Shown piece by piece: positions 37,601 to 50,640 of a stretch of DNA of 64,000 nucleotides. The translations under genes and the position numbers were made by a program. Within the stretch, counting starts at the first letter, position 1. The number at the start of each line of letters is the position of its first letter. Under the pieces are notes generated by a model. It ran no database searches and was not told the origin of the DNA. It worked only from the letters and a program-made list of their open reading frames with translations. Origin of the DNA: Eledone cirrhosa (taxonomy: Eukaryota); the NCBI GenBank assembly GCA_964016885.1, contig OZ024747.1, positions 77,624,001 to 77,688,000 on the forward strand, given 5' to 3'.

Positions 37601-39652
37601 CACCAATCCCTGGTCTATCTCTCTAACTGTCCACCATAGTCTGGCTCACCAATCCCTGGTCTATCTCTCTAACTGTCCACCATAGTCTGGCTCACCAATC
37701 CGTGGTCTATCTCTCTAACTGTCCACCATAGTCTGGCTCACCAATCCCTGGTCTATCTCTCTAACTGTACACCATAGTCTGGCTCACCAATCCCTGGTCT
37801 ATCTCTCTAACTGTCCACCATAGTCTAGCTCACCAATCCCTGGTCTATCTCTCTAACTGTCCACCATAGTCTGGCTCACCAATCCCTGGTCTATCTCTCT
37901 AACTGTCCACCATAGTCTGGCTCACCAATCCGTGGTCTATCTCTCTAACTGTCCACCATAGTCTGGCTCACCAATCCCTGGTCTATCTCTCTAACTGTCC
38001 ACCATAGTCTGGCTCACCAATCCCTGGTCTATCTCTCTAACTGTCCACCATAGTCTGGCTCACCAATCCGTGGTCTATCTCTCTAACTGTCCACCATAGT
38101 CTGGCTCACCAATCCCTGGTCTATCTCTCTAACTGTCCACCATAGTCTGGCTCACCAATCCCTGGTCTATCTCTCTAACTGTCCACCATAGTCTAGCTCA
38201 CCAATCCCTGGTCTATCTCTCTAACTGTCCACCATAGTCTGGCTCACCAATCCCTGGTCTATCTCTCTAACTGTCCACCATAGTCTGGCTCACCAATCCC
38301 TGGTCTATCTCTCTAACTGTCCACCATAGTCTGGCTCACCAATCCGTGGTCTATCTCTCTAACTGTCCACCATAGTCTGGCTCACCAATCCCTGGTCTAT
38401 CTCTCTAACTGTCCACCATAGTCTAGCTCACCAATCCCTGGTCTATCTCTCTAACTGTCCACCATAGTCTGGCTCACCAATCCCTGGTCTATCTCTCTAA
38501 CTGTCCACCATAGTCTAGCTCACCAATCCCTGGTCTATCTCTCTTACTGTCCACCATAGTCTAGCTCACCAATCCCTGGTCTATCTCTCTAACTGTCCAC
38601 CATAGTCTAGCTCACCAATCCCTGGTCTATCTCTCTTACTGTCCACCATAGTCTAGCTCACCAATCCCTGGTCTATCTCTCTAACTGTCCACCATAGTCT
38701 AGTTCACCAATCCCTGGTCTATCTCTCTAACTATCCACCATAGTCTAGCTCACCAATCCCTGGTCTATCTCTCTAACTGTCCACCATAGTCTAGCTCACC
38801 AATCCCTGGTCTATCTCTCTTACTGTCCACCATAGTCTAGCTCACCAATCCCTGGTCTATCTCTCTAACTGTCCACCATAGTCTAGCTCACCAATCCCTG
38901 GTCTATCTCTCTTACTGTCCACCATAGTCTAGCTCACCAATCCCTGGTCTATCTCTCTAACTGTCCACCATAGTCTAGTTCACCAATCCCTGGTCTATCT
39001 CTCTAACTATCCACCATAGTCTAGCTCACCAATCCCTGGTCTATCTCTCTAACTATCCACCATAGTCTAGCTCACCAATCCCTGGTCTATCTCTCTAACT
39101 GTCCACCATAGTCTAGCTCACCAATCCCTGGTCTATCTCTCTAACTGTCCACCATAGTCTAGTTCACCAATCCCTGGTCTATCTCTCTAACTGTCCACCA
39201 TAGTCTGGCTCACCAATCCCTGGTCTATCTCTCTAACTGTCCACCATAGTCTGGCTCACCAATCCCTGGTCTATCTCTCTAACTGTCCACCATAGTCTAG
39301 CTCACCAATCCCTGGTCTATCTCTCTAACTGTCCACCATAGTCTAGCTCACCAATCCCTGGTCTATCTCTCTAACTGTCCACCATAGTCTAGCTCACCAA
39401 TCCCTGGTCTATCTCTCTAACTGTCCACCATAGTCTGGCTCACCAATCCCTGGTCTATCTCTCTAACTGTCCACCATAGTCTGGCTCACCAATCCCTGGT
39501 CTATCTCTCTAACTGTCCACCATAGTCTAGCTCACCAATCCCTGGTCTATCTCTCTAACTGTCCACCATAGTCTAGCTCACCAATCCCTGGTCTATCTCT
39601 CTAACTATCCACCATAGTCTGGCTCACCAATCCCTGGTCTATCTCTCTTACT
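31644..39652 (+). repeat. 46-bp minisatellite, ~8 kb (~170 copies): aactgtccaccatagtctagctcaccaatccctggtctatctctct
   Basis: 46-bp period read directly. Highly homogeneous, with recurrent variants tag/tgg, ctgt/ctat and agct/agtt. Confidence 0.99.
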
Positions 39653-41119
39653 ACTGTGCTTGTCATACAAAAAGATTCTATAGCATAACTGAAAGCAATT
39701 TAAATATAATAAAAACTATATTTCAACTTTTTAATTAACTCCTGTGCTGTAATAGTCTAAAGGGTAAGTGTTAATTAATGAGGAATGTCAATCAGTCCTT
39801 CTGGAGCCCACCTGAGTCCTTTTGATAAACTGTATACTAATAAAGGAGCCTCTAAACAGACCCTTAATCTGTTAGAAATAACAGTCTTGTCAAAGCAAAT
39901 GTATGGTCAAAGGTATTTCAGTTGTAGCCATCCCCTTTCCCAGTGACCTTAAATATAAGCGGCGACATATTTAAGATCACTATTTTGCCGGTTTTTTTTC
40001 ATTCGCTTCAAATTCTACTAAAATAACTGGAGTGATTATTTTACAATGAAACATTTTTCTACATTTACTACATCGTCATTGGTGCTACTTATGCATTCCC
40101 TTGAAAATATTTCCAAAACATTTTTAGAATTTAAACTTTTTAATACATAAATATCACAAACACACATTTCTCTCTGACTTAATACTTTTTCTTTCAATCT
40201 TACGTAAGATTGAAATCTTCTGATTGTGTTTTATTGCTCTTTCTCTCTCTCTTTCTTCCTTTTCTAACTAGCTGTCCCTCCCTTCTCTTGCTCTCTTATT
40301 TGCTGTCTCTCCCTTCCTCTTCTACTCTATGAATCCCTATGCAATGTTTAGTACAGAACATAAAGAGTTAATTTGATACCTATACTTATCAAAAGATACT
40401 GAATCTAGCTGTGAATCATCAGGAATTCAATCTGTTCTGGGGACCCTAAAACCCCAAACATATTCACATTAATAAGAGAATGGAAAAATAGAAAAGATTA
40501 TTTTTTGCTGCTGACATTATACAACACACCTTGCCTATTACAATTTGATACAGATTTATCAAGCTGTCTACACCTTTATCACCAAAATTCTTGAAATCAT
40601 GCAAGATAAGAATTACTTTATTCACATCACATTTCATTTAATCACTTTTTACTTTTGTATTTTATATTTGTTTAGTTTCATTTGTTTCCACTCTCAGCTA
40701 CCATCTTTCAACATTTAGAGAGTGCCATGAACCACATATCTACATTACTAACATTACTAACATTAACTCCAAGCACTTGATAACCAAGTATATTTCATTG
40801 AACTGAACGGAATTCACTGCTAGCTTGCAGCCGGCAAAAAATAATAATGACAATAAAAATAATAGTTTGGTTAGGAAATTATATCTATGACAGCTCTACT
40901 GTTCCAAGAAAATAAAATCCACATGCTTGTTGTTATTTATGTTGTTGTTTGTATGTAGTTCCAAGTGCGTTCTAATCAAGCAAACCCACAGCATTCTTTC
41001 AAACATCATCATTATTGAACTGTATTGTCTACTTTTGTGTGGCTAATTTTCATCTTTCAACTGACCTACTATATCCAGTATATCAATAGAATGCACAGCT
41101 CGGATAAGAGAACCGCTAC

Positions 41120-41395
41120 TTCTCCGAATTGAGATATCACAGCTTCGATATTATGGGCATGTGGTTAGAATGCCTCAGGAAAGAATCGCTGGACAGATCT
41201 TACAGGCAAAATCAATTAGCAGGAGACCCAGGCGTAGACCACAAGCAAGATGGTTGGATAACATCCATGATCACGGCTGATCTCTCTTGGGGTTCCAGCT
41301 GGAACAATTGGAGATGGTTGCTTCTGACAGGTCCTATTGGAAGGAGTGTTTGAGGGCGCAGCCCCCACGATTCTCAGGAATAAGTGAATGGAAAA
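41120..41395 (+). mobile_element. Degenerate RTE-type 3' relic
   Basis: Frameshifted QLRYYGHVVRMP...GRP...W.D.I motifs. Confidence 0.6.
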
Positions 41396-41689
41396 GAAGA
41401 TATTTATACCCCTTATAATATAGTAGGGTAAATTTTAGATAAAATTTAGTTCCTATTACTTTAAGTTAGAATCTCAACTCCTAAATTTTGGCTCAATAAC
41501 TTAATACACACTTTGTTTTCTTTCAGTCATGACCCACTGACACCTCTCCTCTTTCTGGCTTTTCTTTCGCTACTACAATTGCCTTATAAATTATGTCAAA
41601 TAATGTTTTGAATATAATTAAATACCAAGTAGTTCTTCATGAATGATAGGAATTTCAGAGCGGGTAAAAAATAAAATGCTACATAAAGA

Positions 41690-41910
41690 TGATTGTTGGG
41701 TGAAGAAATGGCTAGAAATGTAGAAGAAATGCAGTAGAGGAAAACTAAGGAAGACCTAGACAGAAGTGGTGAGAACTGATCTAAAGGTGGTGAACTTCAA
41801 AGAGAAGATGAAGGAATAGAACAAGTGGGGTGAGGAAGTGCTGAAGCAGAATATCCATCCAACCCATGCAAGCATGGAAAAACACACATAAAATGATGAT
41901 GATGATGATT
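41690..41910 (+). mobile_element. Degenerate RTE 3' end
   Basis: RGK.RKT..EVV..DL-like coding remnant, acccatgcaagcatggaaa and a (GAT)n tail. Confidence 0.6.
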
Positions 41911-42369
41911 TAAAATACTTGATATCCCACTACTTTCAGGTGCATCCTATCAAGTAAATTTTATGGCCCCCCCTTCAACCTCCTGTAGAAATATTCTAAA
42001 TAATTATTTTTCATATCTCTCCAAACAATATAAAAAATAATTTGTAGAAAACATGTTTTTTTCTTTCTTTAGTGGTTTTGTTTTATTATAAAACTATTTT
42101 CAATATATTAAAATAGAAATATTTAATTAACATTCCAAATATATTTCAGTGGGAATTTCCAAAATAAATTCCAAATTTTCAGATATTTTATAACTCAATT
42201 CTACTTTATAGCAATTAATAGTGTGAATTCTTTCAAGTAGTACACATATACACAAACATTGTGTTCCCACTCATTCTTCTCACTGCTTTTCTTCTTCCAA
42301 AGAAAACCAACATGAACCAAAAATATAAAAGTATATTTGTATTCCTACACTATAAACCAAAGTGAATCT

Positions 42370-42750
42370 GCTATTCAAAGCAATGGTTGAGTCTATTCTC
42401 CTCTACGGATGTGAGTCATGGACACTGACAAAAACACTCACAAAGAGGATGAATGGCATATTCACCCAGATGCTGAGAAAGGTCCAGAAGATATCCTAGA
42501 GAACACGCATAGCAAAGAAATCGCTCAACCGCTCACACCTTCGCCTTTCTGACATTATAAAGTGTAGGAGGCTCGTATTAACCAGACATGTGAAACATCA
42601 AAATGAACCTGCTGGCAGAGTCCTTTTCTGGAAAGCTGATGCTTGCAGAGTTGGGACACCAACCACTATTCTGAAGAATGTTCTTGAAAATGACACTGGG
42701 TTGGAGGCAGGGGAAATTGAGACACCAATGCTAGACGGGGTGAGCTGAAG
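42370..42750 (+). pseudogene. Degenerate RTE-type RT C-terminal relic
   Basis: VESILLYGCESWTLTKTL..RMNG..TQMLRK followed by stops and frameshifts. Confidence 0.7.
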
Positions 42751-43068
42751 GAGCCAGTAATGTATAGAAGAAGAATCTGCTATAAAGATTACGGTGTCAA
42801 AAATGGAGCTGACTCTAGGACAAATGGTTCTGGTTGTGACGCAGGCATACATCTCTGTCACCATCATATTGCTACAGCAAATTCATCAAGAAACAATGTT
42901 TTACTGGTCCACTCTAAACTGAAGAGTAAATAAGTGGTTAGCAGGGACAGAACACATATGAAGAGTTCAGATCAGATTTGACAGTGTGTTCCAAAAGTAG
43001 AGAAAATGTTTGTCTCATTCAGATTTCTTTAGATGTTTATATAAATAGGTATAAAATAAATTACTTAC

Positions 43069-43166
43069 TTATTATATAGATGGTTATCCTTCCTCACTTT
43101 GGTAAATGCCTTAAAGTCATCAGGCATTAACATGACTGGCACAGGTATATGACTCAGTTCATTGAT
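43069..43166 (-). CDS. PIP4K2: PIP4K2 coding exon (first seen in window; corresponds to vertebrate exon 2): [32 protein letters not shown](K)
   Basis: Manual minus-strand translation. Acceptor ttttcag, donor gtaagt, 98 bp. Matches the PIP4K2 motif [18 protein letters not shown]...DNHL.NK. Not in the ORF track. Confidence 0.95.
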
Positions 43167-44596
43167 CTGAAAATAAAATTAGGAGATCAACCAATCAATC
43201 AATCATTCAGCCAAATCAATTGATTAACATAACTTATAATAGAAAAAATATATTTTTAACCTGCCAACTCAGTCCATTGCACCTTCTCCTCTGAGAATTG
43301 AAGAAGGCAAAGAAAAAAGTGTTATTTCAAAATATGAATGAAAATCTTTTGTAAAAGTCTAAAAATTATCAAGAATAACCAGATTTCAGAGATGTTAGAA
43401 TGTAAGAATGCTTTGCGGTGTTCATTGCATCTCTCTAATCTCTGAGTTCAAATCCCGCCATGGTCAACTTTGCCTTTCATCCATTTGAGTTTGATAAAAA
43501 AAAAATAAAAAAAAAATACTAGTCTTGTACTGGGGTCAATTCTTCCTCTATATATCTCTTACTTCCTCTCTCTTTCTCTATCCTTCTCTGGAAGAAATGT
43601 ACTGTATTCAAATCTGGAGAGGAGATGAATTCCACCAGGTTTAAAAAATGCCCTAGAAATGCCATTTGTCAATACAGCGCCCCTACGGCTGTCCGGAGTT
43701 ACGGCACCATGAATGCAACCATATTTAAAAATATTTCTCAAACATTCTGAATATTCCTATATACAGATACCAGTTGAAGTTTGTAATGATACGTTTATCA
43801 AGTTTAGAAAAAGTATACCATATCTTTGTATATTGAATGAGGCAACTAAAAGTTGGTGCAAAGAAATTCCAGCTTTAAAAAGGATCCCTTTATGAGAAAA
43901 AAGCCTATCATAGGGCACACAATATGAAGCCCTGCTTATGTTCCAAACATCACATTAAAAATGACTTAGTTATATCTGCCTGAATTTTTGATTATTTTTT
44001 TTAATTATTTGAAAATATTTAAGAATCTCTTTCATTAGAAAAATAGTTAGAAAAAAGTATTAGGATTATTGAAAGACCCAAACTACTATGGAATGTCTTA
44101 GTAATACACACCCCAATATATCAGAAAATTTCCAATTATTTCTTACATAAAATAACATACTGGTAATTTTTATTATCGTGCAGGAAGCCTCAGATTTATC
44201 GAGTAGTGGAAAATAGGAAATATTATTTAATTGGTAACCACTTTAGTAAAATAACTGATGCAGCAGCAGCAGGAGGAAGAGGAACTGGCTATGTTCTAAC
44301 CTGGAAAGATGAGCTCCACCAGGTTTAAAGTGCCAAGATACACTGTATGTCACAATGGCACTCCTAAAATACCATAAAGAGTCATATGTTTATAAATACA
44401 TTAACTCAGCATAGAAACTAAAAGAATTTGGTGTGTGCATGTATGTTTAAAACAATTTTGCAGTAATATTAACTCTTTTGTTGCCAACCTGACCAAAACC
44501 GGTTCTAATTCTATGAAATAAAACCACTCATTTTAAAGGTTTCCAATTTAAATTAAAATCTTGCAACTTAATTTTATATAAGAACCTTATATTAAT

Positions 44597-44755
44597 CGGT
44601 AGAGGGTCGGATGCCATGCTTTGACGCATAGAGTTACGGCCCTTGCCATTCTGAGTTCAAAACCCGCCAAGGTTAACTTTGCCTTTCATCCTTACGGGGT
44701 CGATAAAATAAAGTACCAGTCATGCACTGGCCTTGTGCCAATAGTAGAAACAATT
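44597..44755 (+). mobile_element. tRNA-SINE, family of 990-3410, opposite orientation
   Basis: cggtagagggtcgga...ctgagttcaaaacccgccaaggttaactttgcctttcatcc...ggccttgtgcc. Confidence 0.85.
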
Positions 44756-45139
44756 ATCTTACTAATGAAATAATGAATAATTTTAGTAAATCCTGCAAAA
44801 TTCTTCATTAATTAATTGAAATAGACTATTTCATCAGAAATATGGTCATGAAAGGGGTTAATCCTGGGAGTATATCAAAAGTCTTCAGTGAAACAACATG
44901 CTTATGAGAACAAGGTCAATACCTGCTTGTCTTAGCCCTCATCAGTAAAATATAAACCTGCAGTTCTGTTAAGAAATCAGTTTATAAACACATAGAAACT
45001 GGCGTTTAGCTTTACAGGTAGGTGAACTAATTTGCATATGGATGCAAGAGTGACAACTGTTATTAATTTCTTATATACACCAACAGAAGTTTTTCTAGAT
45101 TCTTACATTGTAAGAACATTTTAACTTAGTTACTTTGTT

Positions 45140-45365
45140 TTCGCTTCCTGGACTGGGTTATGTGTTGTGTCCTTCAGCAAAACACTTCATTTCATGTTGC
45201 TCCAGTATAATCTGTTGAAAAGAAGTACCAGCAATAGCTGAAGGTTTAACCTTGTGATGGACTGCTGTCTTGTCTAGGAGGAAGTCTTCTACTCTCAGTT
45301 GCTTCACGCCATGGAAACCGGGATAAGCACCGGCCTGATGAGCCTCTGGCTTCAAGACTTTCACT
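45140..45365 (+). mobile_element. CORE/V-domain-like SINE relic
   Basis: gtgttgtgtccttcagcaaaacactt...ccttgtgatggact...gcttcacgccatggaaaccgggataagcaccggcctgatgagcc. Confidence 0.6.
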
Positions 45366-45974
45366 ATTGCTTGCTGTTCTATGTTTTAGGTCATTGATAC
45401 GTAGTTCTGATTTTAGATATGGTAGAGAGGCTTTGTAAGATGATTTGGCTGTTCTATTGAGTAACTTTACAATATCTCTTTCACTACCCTTCTCCTTAAC
45501 TATTTATTTCAGATTAAATAAATTAACATCTTTAATCGGTTAGGTAAGTATGCCTACTCTCCTTCACATTACTTGTAAACCTACCTATATAGCCATATTT
45601 TTATTGATACCTTTACTCAAGCTACACAGGTATTTAACTCTAGCTAAAGGAGTAACCACTCTCCCCTAAAGTTCTAACATCAGTTGAGGTTTTTTTAAAG
45701 TTTTGTTATTATCATTATTAATCTACAATTATGGAGATAAGGAGATTAAAAACAAGAGAAAAAATGTCTGATCTTCACACAGTAATGATTTTTTTCAGAA
45801 TTACTAATAAATAGATTAGATACATGTTAAAACATTAAAATAATTTAAAGTTGAGGGACATAGCTAAACACCATTTAAAAACATTCATAATAATTGCTAG
45901 ATTTTAAAAGATGGTAGAATACAACTGAGAACTTATTGGAATTTATTCTAAGATAACATAGTACTAGAAAGAGT

Positions 45975-46128
45975 AATGTTACAGTTGGTATTGTAATAGA
46001 AGGGATCTGTTTCAGTTGGTATTGAATTAGAAGGGATCTGTTTCAGTTGGTATTGAATTAGAAGGGATCTGTCTGTTTCAGTTGGTATTGAATTAGAAGG
46101 GATCTGTCTGTTACAGTTGGTATTGTAA
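45975..46128 (+). repeat. ~31-35-bp tandem repeat (~4-5 copies): gtttcagttggtattgaattagaagggatct
   Basis: Direct reading. Confidence 0.9.
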
Positions 46129-46811
46129 AGATAGATAAGTATTTATTTATATATGTTTAATCAATTTAAATGTCCGTATAGAGCAATAAGCCATGACAGA
46201 CTAGAAGTATCTAGTACTTTTTACAGTTGAGAAACAAAAAACAAGATATACAGAGATGTAAGTAAATATAAAAATAAAAAAGTTTAAAAAAATAAAATAA
46301 AATAAAATAAAAATTAAATAGTAGCTGTTTGTTTTGGGCAAGACCCCCTTGTAATTAAGCATCTAGATTTAACTCTTGAAATTCAAACCTGTTGAATTCA
46401 GCTACTACAAAAACACTTATCTATAATCTATCAAGCGATATCCTATACAGTTGCTAAACCTGCCAGAAATAGTAGCCATATCTCACTCAAATCACACTAT
46501 CATTAAAAAGAAAAAAGGGAGGGCATATTTGATAATGTTCTCAGTGTTATCTCATATCTGAATGTCCAATTAGTGATGACAGAAATATCTTTAATCATAA
46601 GTGTTCTCCACAATTAGAACTGACTAGTGACAACATTAGCAATGTTATATCAGATTTCAGAATCATTAAAAATCTCTATCTATAATCGTTACGGATCAAT
46701 TATTGCTGGTTCCATAATCATCAATCCATCAAGTGACATATGTTCACCCTGACATTGATTAATCAACTTCATCAATATACTATCAACATCTTATATCTAA
46801 TTCTATTATTA

Positions 46812-47030
46812 TAGGCAGAATCAGTAGAGTGCTGACCAAAATGATTTGTGGTATTTACAATATTCTAACGTTCTGAGTTCAAAACCCACTGAGGCCGGCT
46901 TTGCCTTTCATCCTTACAGGGTCGATAAAAAAAAAAGTACCAGTAATACACTAGGATCGATTTAATCGACTTCCTCCTCCCAAAAAAACTGTTGGCCTGG
47001 TGCCTAAATCATAAACCATTATTATTATGA
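46812..47030 (+). mobile_element. tRNA-SINE, family of 990-3410
   Basis: Same motifs with an (ATT)n tail. Confidence 0.8.
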
Positions 47031-48584
47031 TTGACTTAAGTCCACTTTCAGTACTGATCTTCACCCTTTCATAACTAACCTGGCCAAAAGCTCTGGTACT
47101 ATGAAACAAAACCACCCAAATTTTCCAATGTAATTTTAGATAAGAACCATATGTTAAGTTACTTAGTAATTAAATAACAATTTTAGATAAATATAAACAT
47201 TTTAAAACATTATTTTGAATCATAGAACCAGAAGCAGTTTCAGATAGTTTTGTATCAAAAATGTTTAATATTTCTGATCGACATTAAATAATGTTCATCT
47301 CTGTTAATTGATGGATTTGAAAGCCACTCATTGATATCCAATTAATACATATCATCTGTTGTAATTTAGGATTCACTAATTTGATTTAAGCTGTTTGTAA
47401 AAACAAAAAATATTAATGATTTTGGAATAGTTTTTTTTCTAAAGAAATTTTGAATTATTTGTAAGATATTTTTCAAACGTCACTATATCTGCTCTAAGTG
47501 ATTGTAAGTTATGGTGAACACCGAAGTCAGCACATACAGAATAAAACAAAAGAGTAAAAGACAATCTATTCACTTAATGGAATCATTTACTTTGTTCCCT
47601 GAAAGAACATTTTGGTAATAGAATTTCGAAGAATGAAATGAGATAAAATGTCATGTTATTCATTAGATTAAACAGAAACCCAATTGGAGATTGTGTCTCT
47701 TTGACAAGCTTCTAACAGAATCATCAGACCTGTACACTGAAAAGTAAAACGTATCTAATTCAGTCGGTGTATGAAAATCTTGTTAACTGGGGACCAAAAT
47801 ATTGATTTCTTTCTTAGATGCAAATTTACAGATTAAAAAAATGCCATTATCATTTTGAGAATGAATTCTAAAATAGGAGGCCCCTCGCTCATTTATTTAT
47901 TTTTATTTTTTTTTATTTTTTAAAAGTAAGGTATGGATTTTTGCACATCTAACTGATGAGCAGCGAGATCTCTAACAAGATATTGGTCAGCTCAAGGCTA
48001 TAGAAAATACTTTCCTAAGGGGTTATGCTGTAGTATAGAACCCAACACCATATGATTAATCATATATCTATGCCTGCGTCTTCATCAAAATCTTTTAAAA
48101 ACAAAACTTAAGATGACATTAATGATTCAGCAATAAATCTTGTTTAGTTTAAGATGATATTGAGCAGAACTTGATCTTCAATTTATCCAGATAATTTTTC
48201 ACGATTAAGCTTAAGTATAATCATAAGCTTAAGTGGTTTAAACCTTTTAGATCCATTATAGAGTCAACTGCAGTCAACTGCTGCAGTCATTTACTGCAGC
48301 TTTATATCATACTCATACAAATTTTACTTTTTACTATTATAAAGAGCTAAGAATACACTAAAGTACAATATGACATGGCTATAAATAAATAAAAAAAATA
48401 GTTTCTTGTTAATGTGAGGAGTAGAGGTGGTAATTACAGAAGCTTGTAGATTGCTGGATAAATGGGGGAGTTTAGTGTGGTTAACATTCACTGTGATTTA
48501 ATGATTAAACAGGGAGATAGGTGGCAGGAAAAGAGTAAGATCTCTCTCTCTCTCACTCACTATATATATATATACATACATACA

Positions 48585-48752
48585 TATCATCATCGTTTAA
48601 CGTCTATCTTCCACGCTAGCATGGGTTAGACGGGAATTGTCCCACTTGAGGCAAGATTGGTCGTGGGTGACCGTACCTCGCTTGTATAGGACTGTATCTG
48701 GCAGGTTTTCTACGGCTGGATGCCCTTCCTAACACCAGCCACATTTACAGTG
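48585..48752 (-). mobile_element. RTE 3' UTR fragment
   Basis: catcatcgtttaacgtc...ggatgcccttcctaacacc. Confidence 0.85.
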
Positions 48753-49243
48753 TATATATATATATATATAAGTTATTTGCCTCTAATACTTACAGTTCTC
48801 TATGAAAGGATAAAATATACTAATAAAATATCAACTCAGAGAAGCAATTAAACATCTTAAACTTAAGCCAGATCTCCTTTATTATAGAGTAGATTTAGAC
48901 GGATTTTTGCTGCTATTTCTAGTGTCACTATAAGCTTGTCGTATTGTCCTAATACATAGAGAGAGATATGTTTATTTAGTAATTCAATGATGTAACGCAA
49001 TGATCACCATGCAGTCTTGGCAACGACATGGTATGTACGCTATATATTCAATGTCTCCTCTTATTCCAAAGAATTCTCACCCTTAAGACAGAATTAAATT
49101 CTTCCAATATTGGTTGTTCCAAAGTTTGGAAATATTGTTTCTTGATTCCAGAAACCTTGGTTGCAAACTAGATGAGTAAAACTGACTTATTTCGGTCGGT
49201 CTAGCTTATATCTCCCCAAAATCAATATTTTTACTTATGATTA

Positions 49244-49279
<36 letters not shown>

Positions 49280-49468
49280 GCGCCACGGAAAAAAAGCACC
49301 CAGCACTCACTGTAAATGAGGTTGGTGTTAGGAAGGGCATCCAGCTGCAGAAATCAACCCAGAATCATTTCCCGTATGAGCAAGACAAGGTCAGCCAACT
49401 GGACAGTGCCCACAACAGGACAACCTGTCTAACCCATGCTAGCATGGAAGAACGGACGTAAAAGGGTA

Positions 49469-49470
<2 letters not shown>
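49280..49470 (+). mobile_element. RTE 3' UTR fragment
   Basis: Reverse complement of 9062-9250. Confidence 0.85.
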
Positions 49471-49509
<39 letters not shown>

Positions 49510-50489
49510 CACCATCCCATTTATCTGTATTTTAATATTCTTGTACAAAGTGACATATTCCAAGTAATATCGGTCAGCTATTATATTTTAATTTTCTTTT
49601 ACTCTTTTATGGTTATATTACCACACTAAGTTCCCTAATATTTTGATACCCCCCACCCCAAAAAACTGCCTCTGGCTCTACGAAACAAAACCACCCATTT
49701 TAAAAGGTTTCTGTTTAAATGTAAACCTTCCAACATAATTTTACTTTTGTTATGTTACAAATGCAATTTTAATAATGAAATAATAACTTTAGTAAATGCC
49801 TCAAATTCTTCGATATCTCATTCAAATAGAGTTGTATTCAATTAAAAATATGTTAACAAAAGGATTAATTATTTTGGTAATCACTGTTGATTAAAACCAT
49901 ATGATGTAGTGATCTTCATGCCATTTTCAACAAAAAGAGATCAATAAAATATGTGTCAGTTGAAAAAGAAAGTATTGGTAGTGCCCCAGCATGGTCACAA
50001 TCTAATGACTGAAACAAGTAAAAGAAATATATGTTAATTCCCAAAGGAAGAAGAAGAAGAAATTCTTCACTGGAAATGATTTAGATTACATTTTTTTAAA
50101 TTATTTTTATTAACACCTTACTACTTTTAAGAAAAAGAAACTCATTTATAAAGACATAATTAATTATGTGCTTTCAGTGAATGACCAAATGAGCTCTCAA
50201 GTTAAATATAGTGTGAAACCTAACTCACAACTAACACAGACTGCCTGTAGTATGCATTATTCAGAAATATGAGAGTTTGGCTATCAACTCTGATACAATA
50301 TGAAATCTGATATTCCACAAACAAAATTAAATTTTTTACCCTTTTTTTTTTTTTACAATGTTAATTCGATTAATTTCTGTTATGAAAGAACATGACACAA
50401 TTATCGTTTTCAATCTGATACTTAAAGCTGATACTTAAACTTTATAAATGTTAGAGATAAACTAATTATTATTATCATTATTACTACTA

Positions 50490-50640
50490 CTGCTTTGCAG
50501 CACAGTTACGTCCCTTTACGAACAGTTCAAATCCCGCCGAGGTTAACTTTGCCTTTCATCCTTACGGAGTCGATAAAATAAAGTACCAGTAATACACTGA
50601 AATAATTGCTGGCCTTGTGCCAAAAGTAGAAACAATTATT
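50490..50640 (+). mobile_element. tRNA-SINE fragment, family of 990-3410
   Basis: gttcaaatcccgccgaggttaactttgcctttcatcc...ggccttgtgcc. Confidence 0.85.

Noticed and set aside
45314-45355. GAAAC...CTGATGAG hammerhead-like words
   Set aside because: No UH cleavage triplet or consistent stems II/III can be built. It is part of a common SINE tail.
47953-47990. CTGATGAG motif
   Set aside because: No downstream stem II-GAAA.
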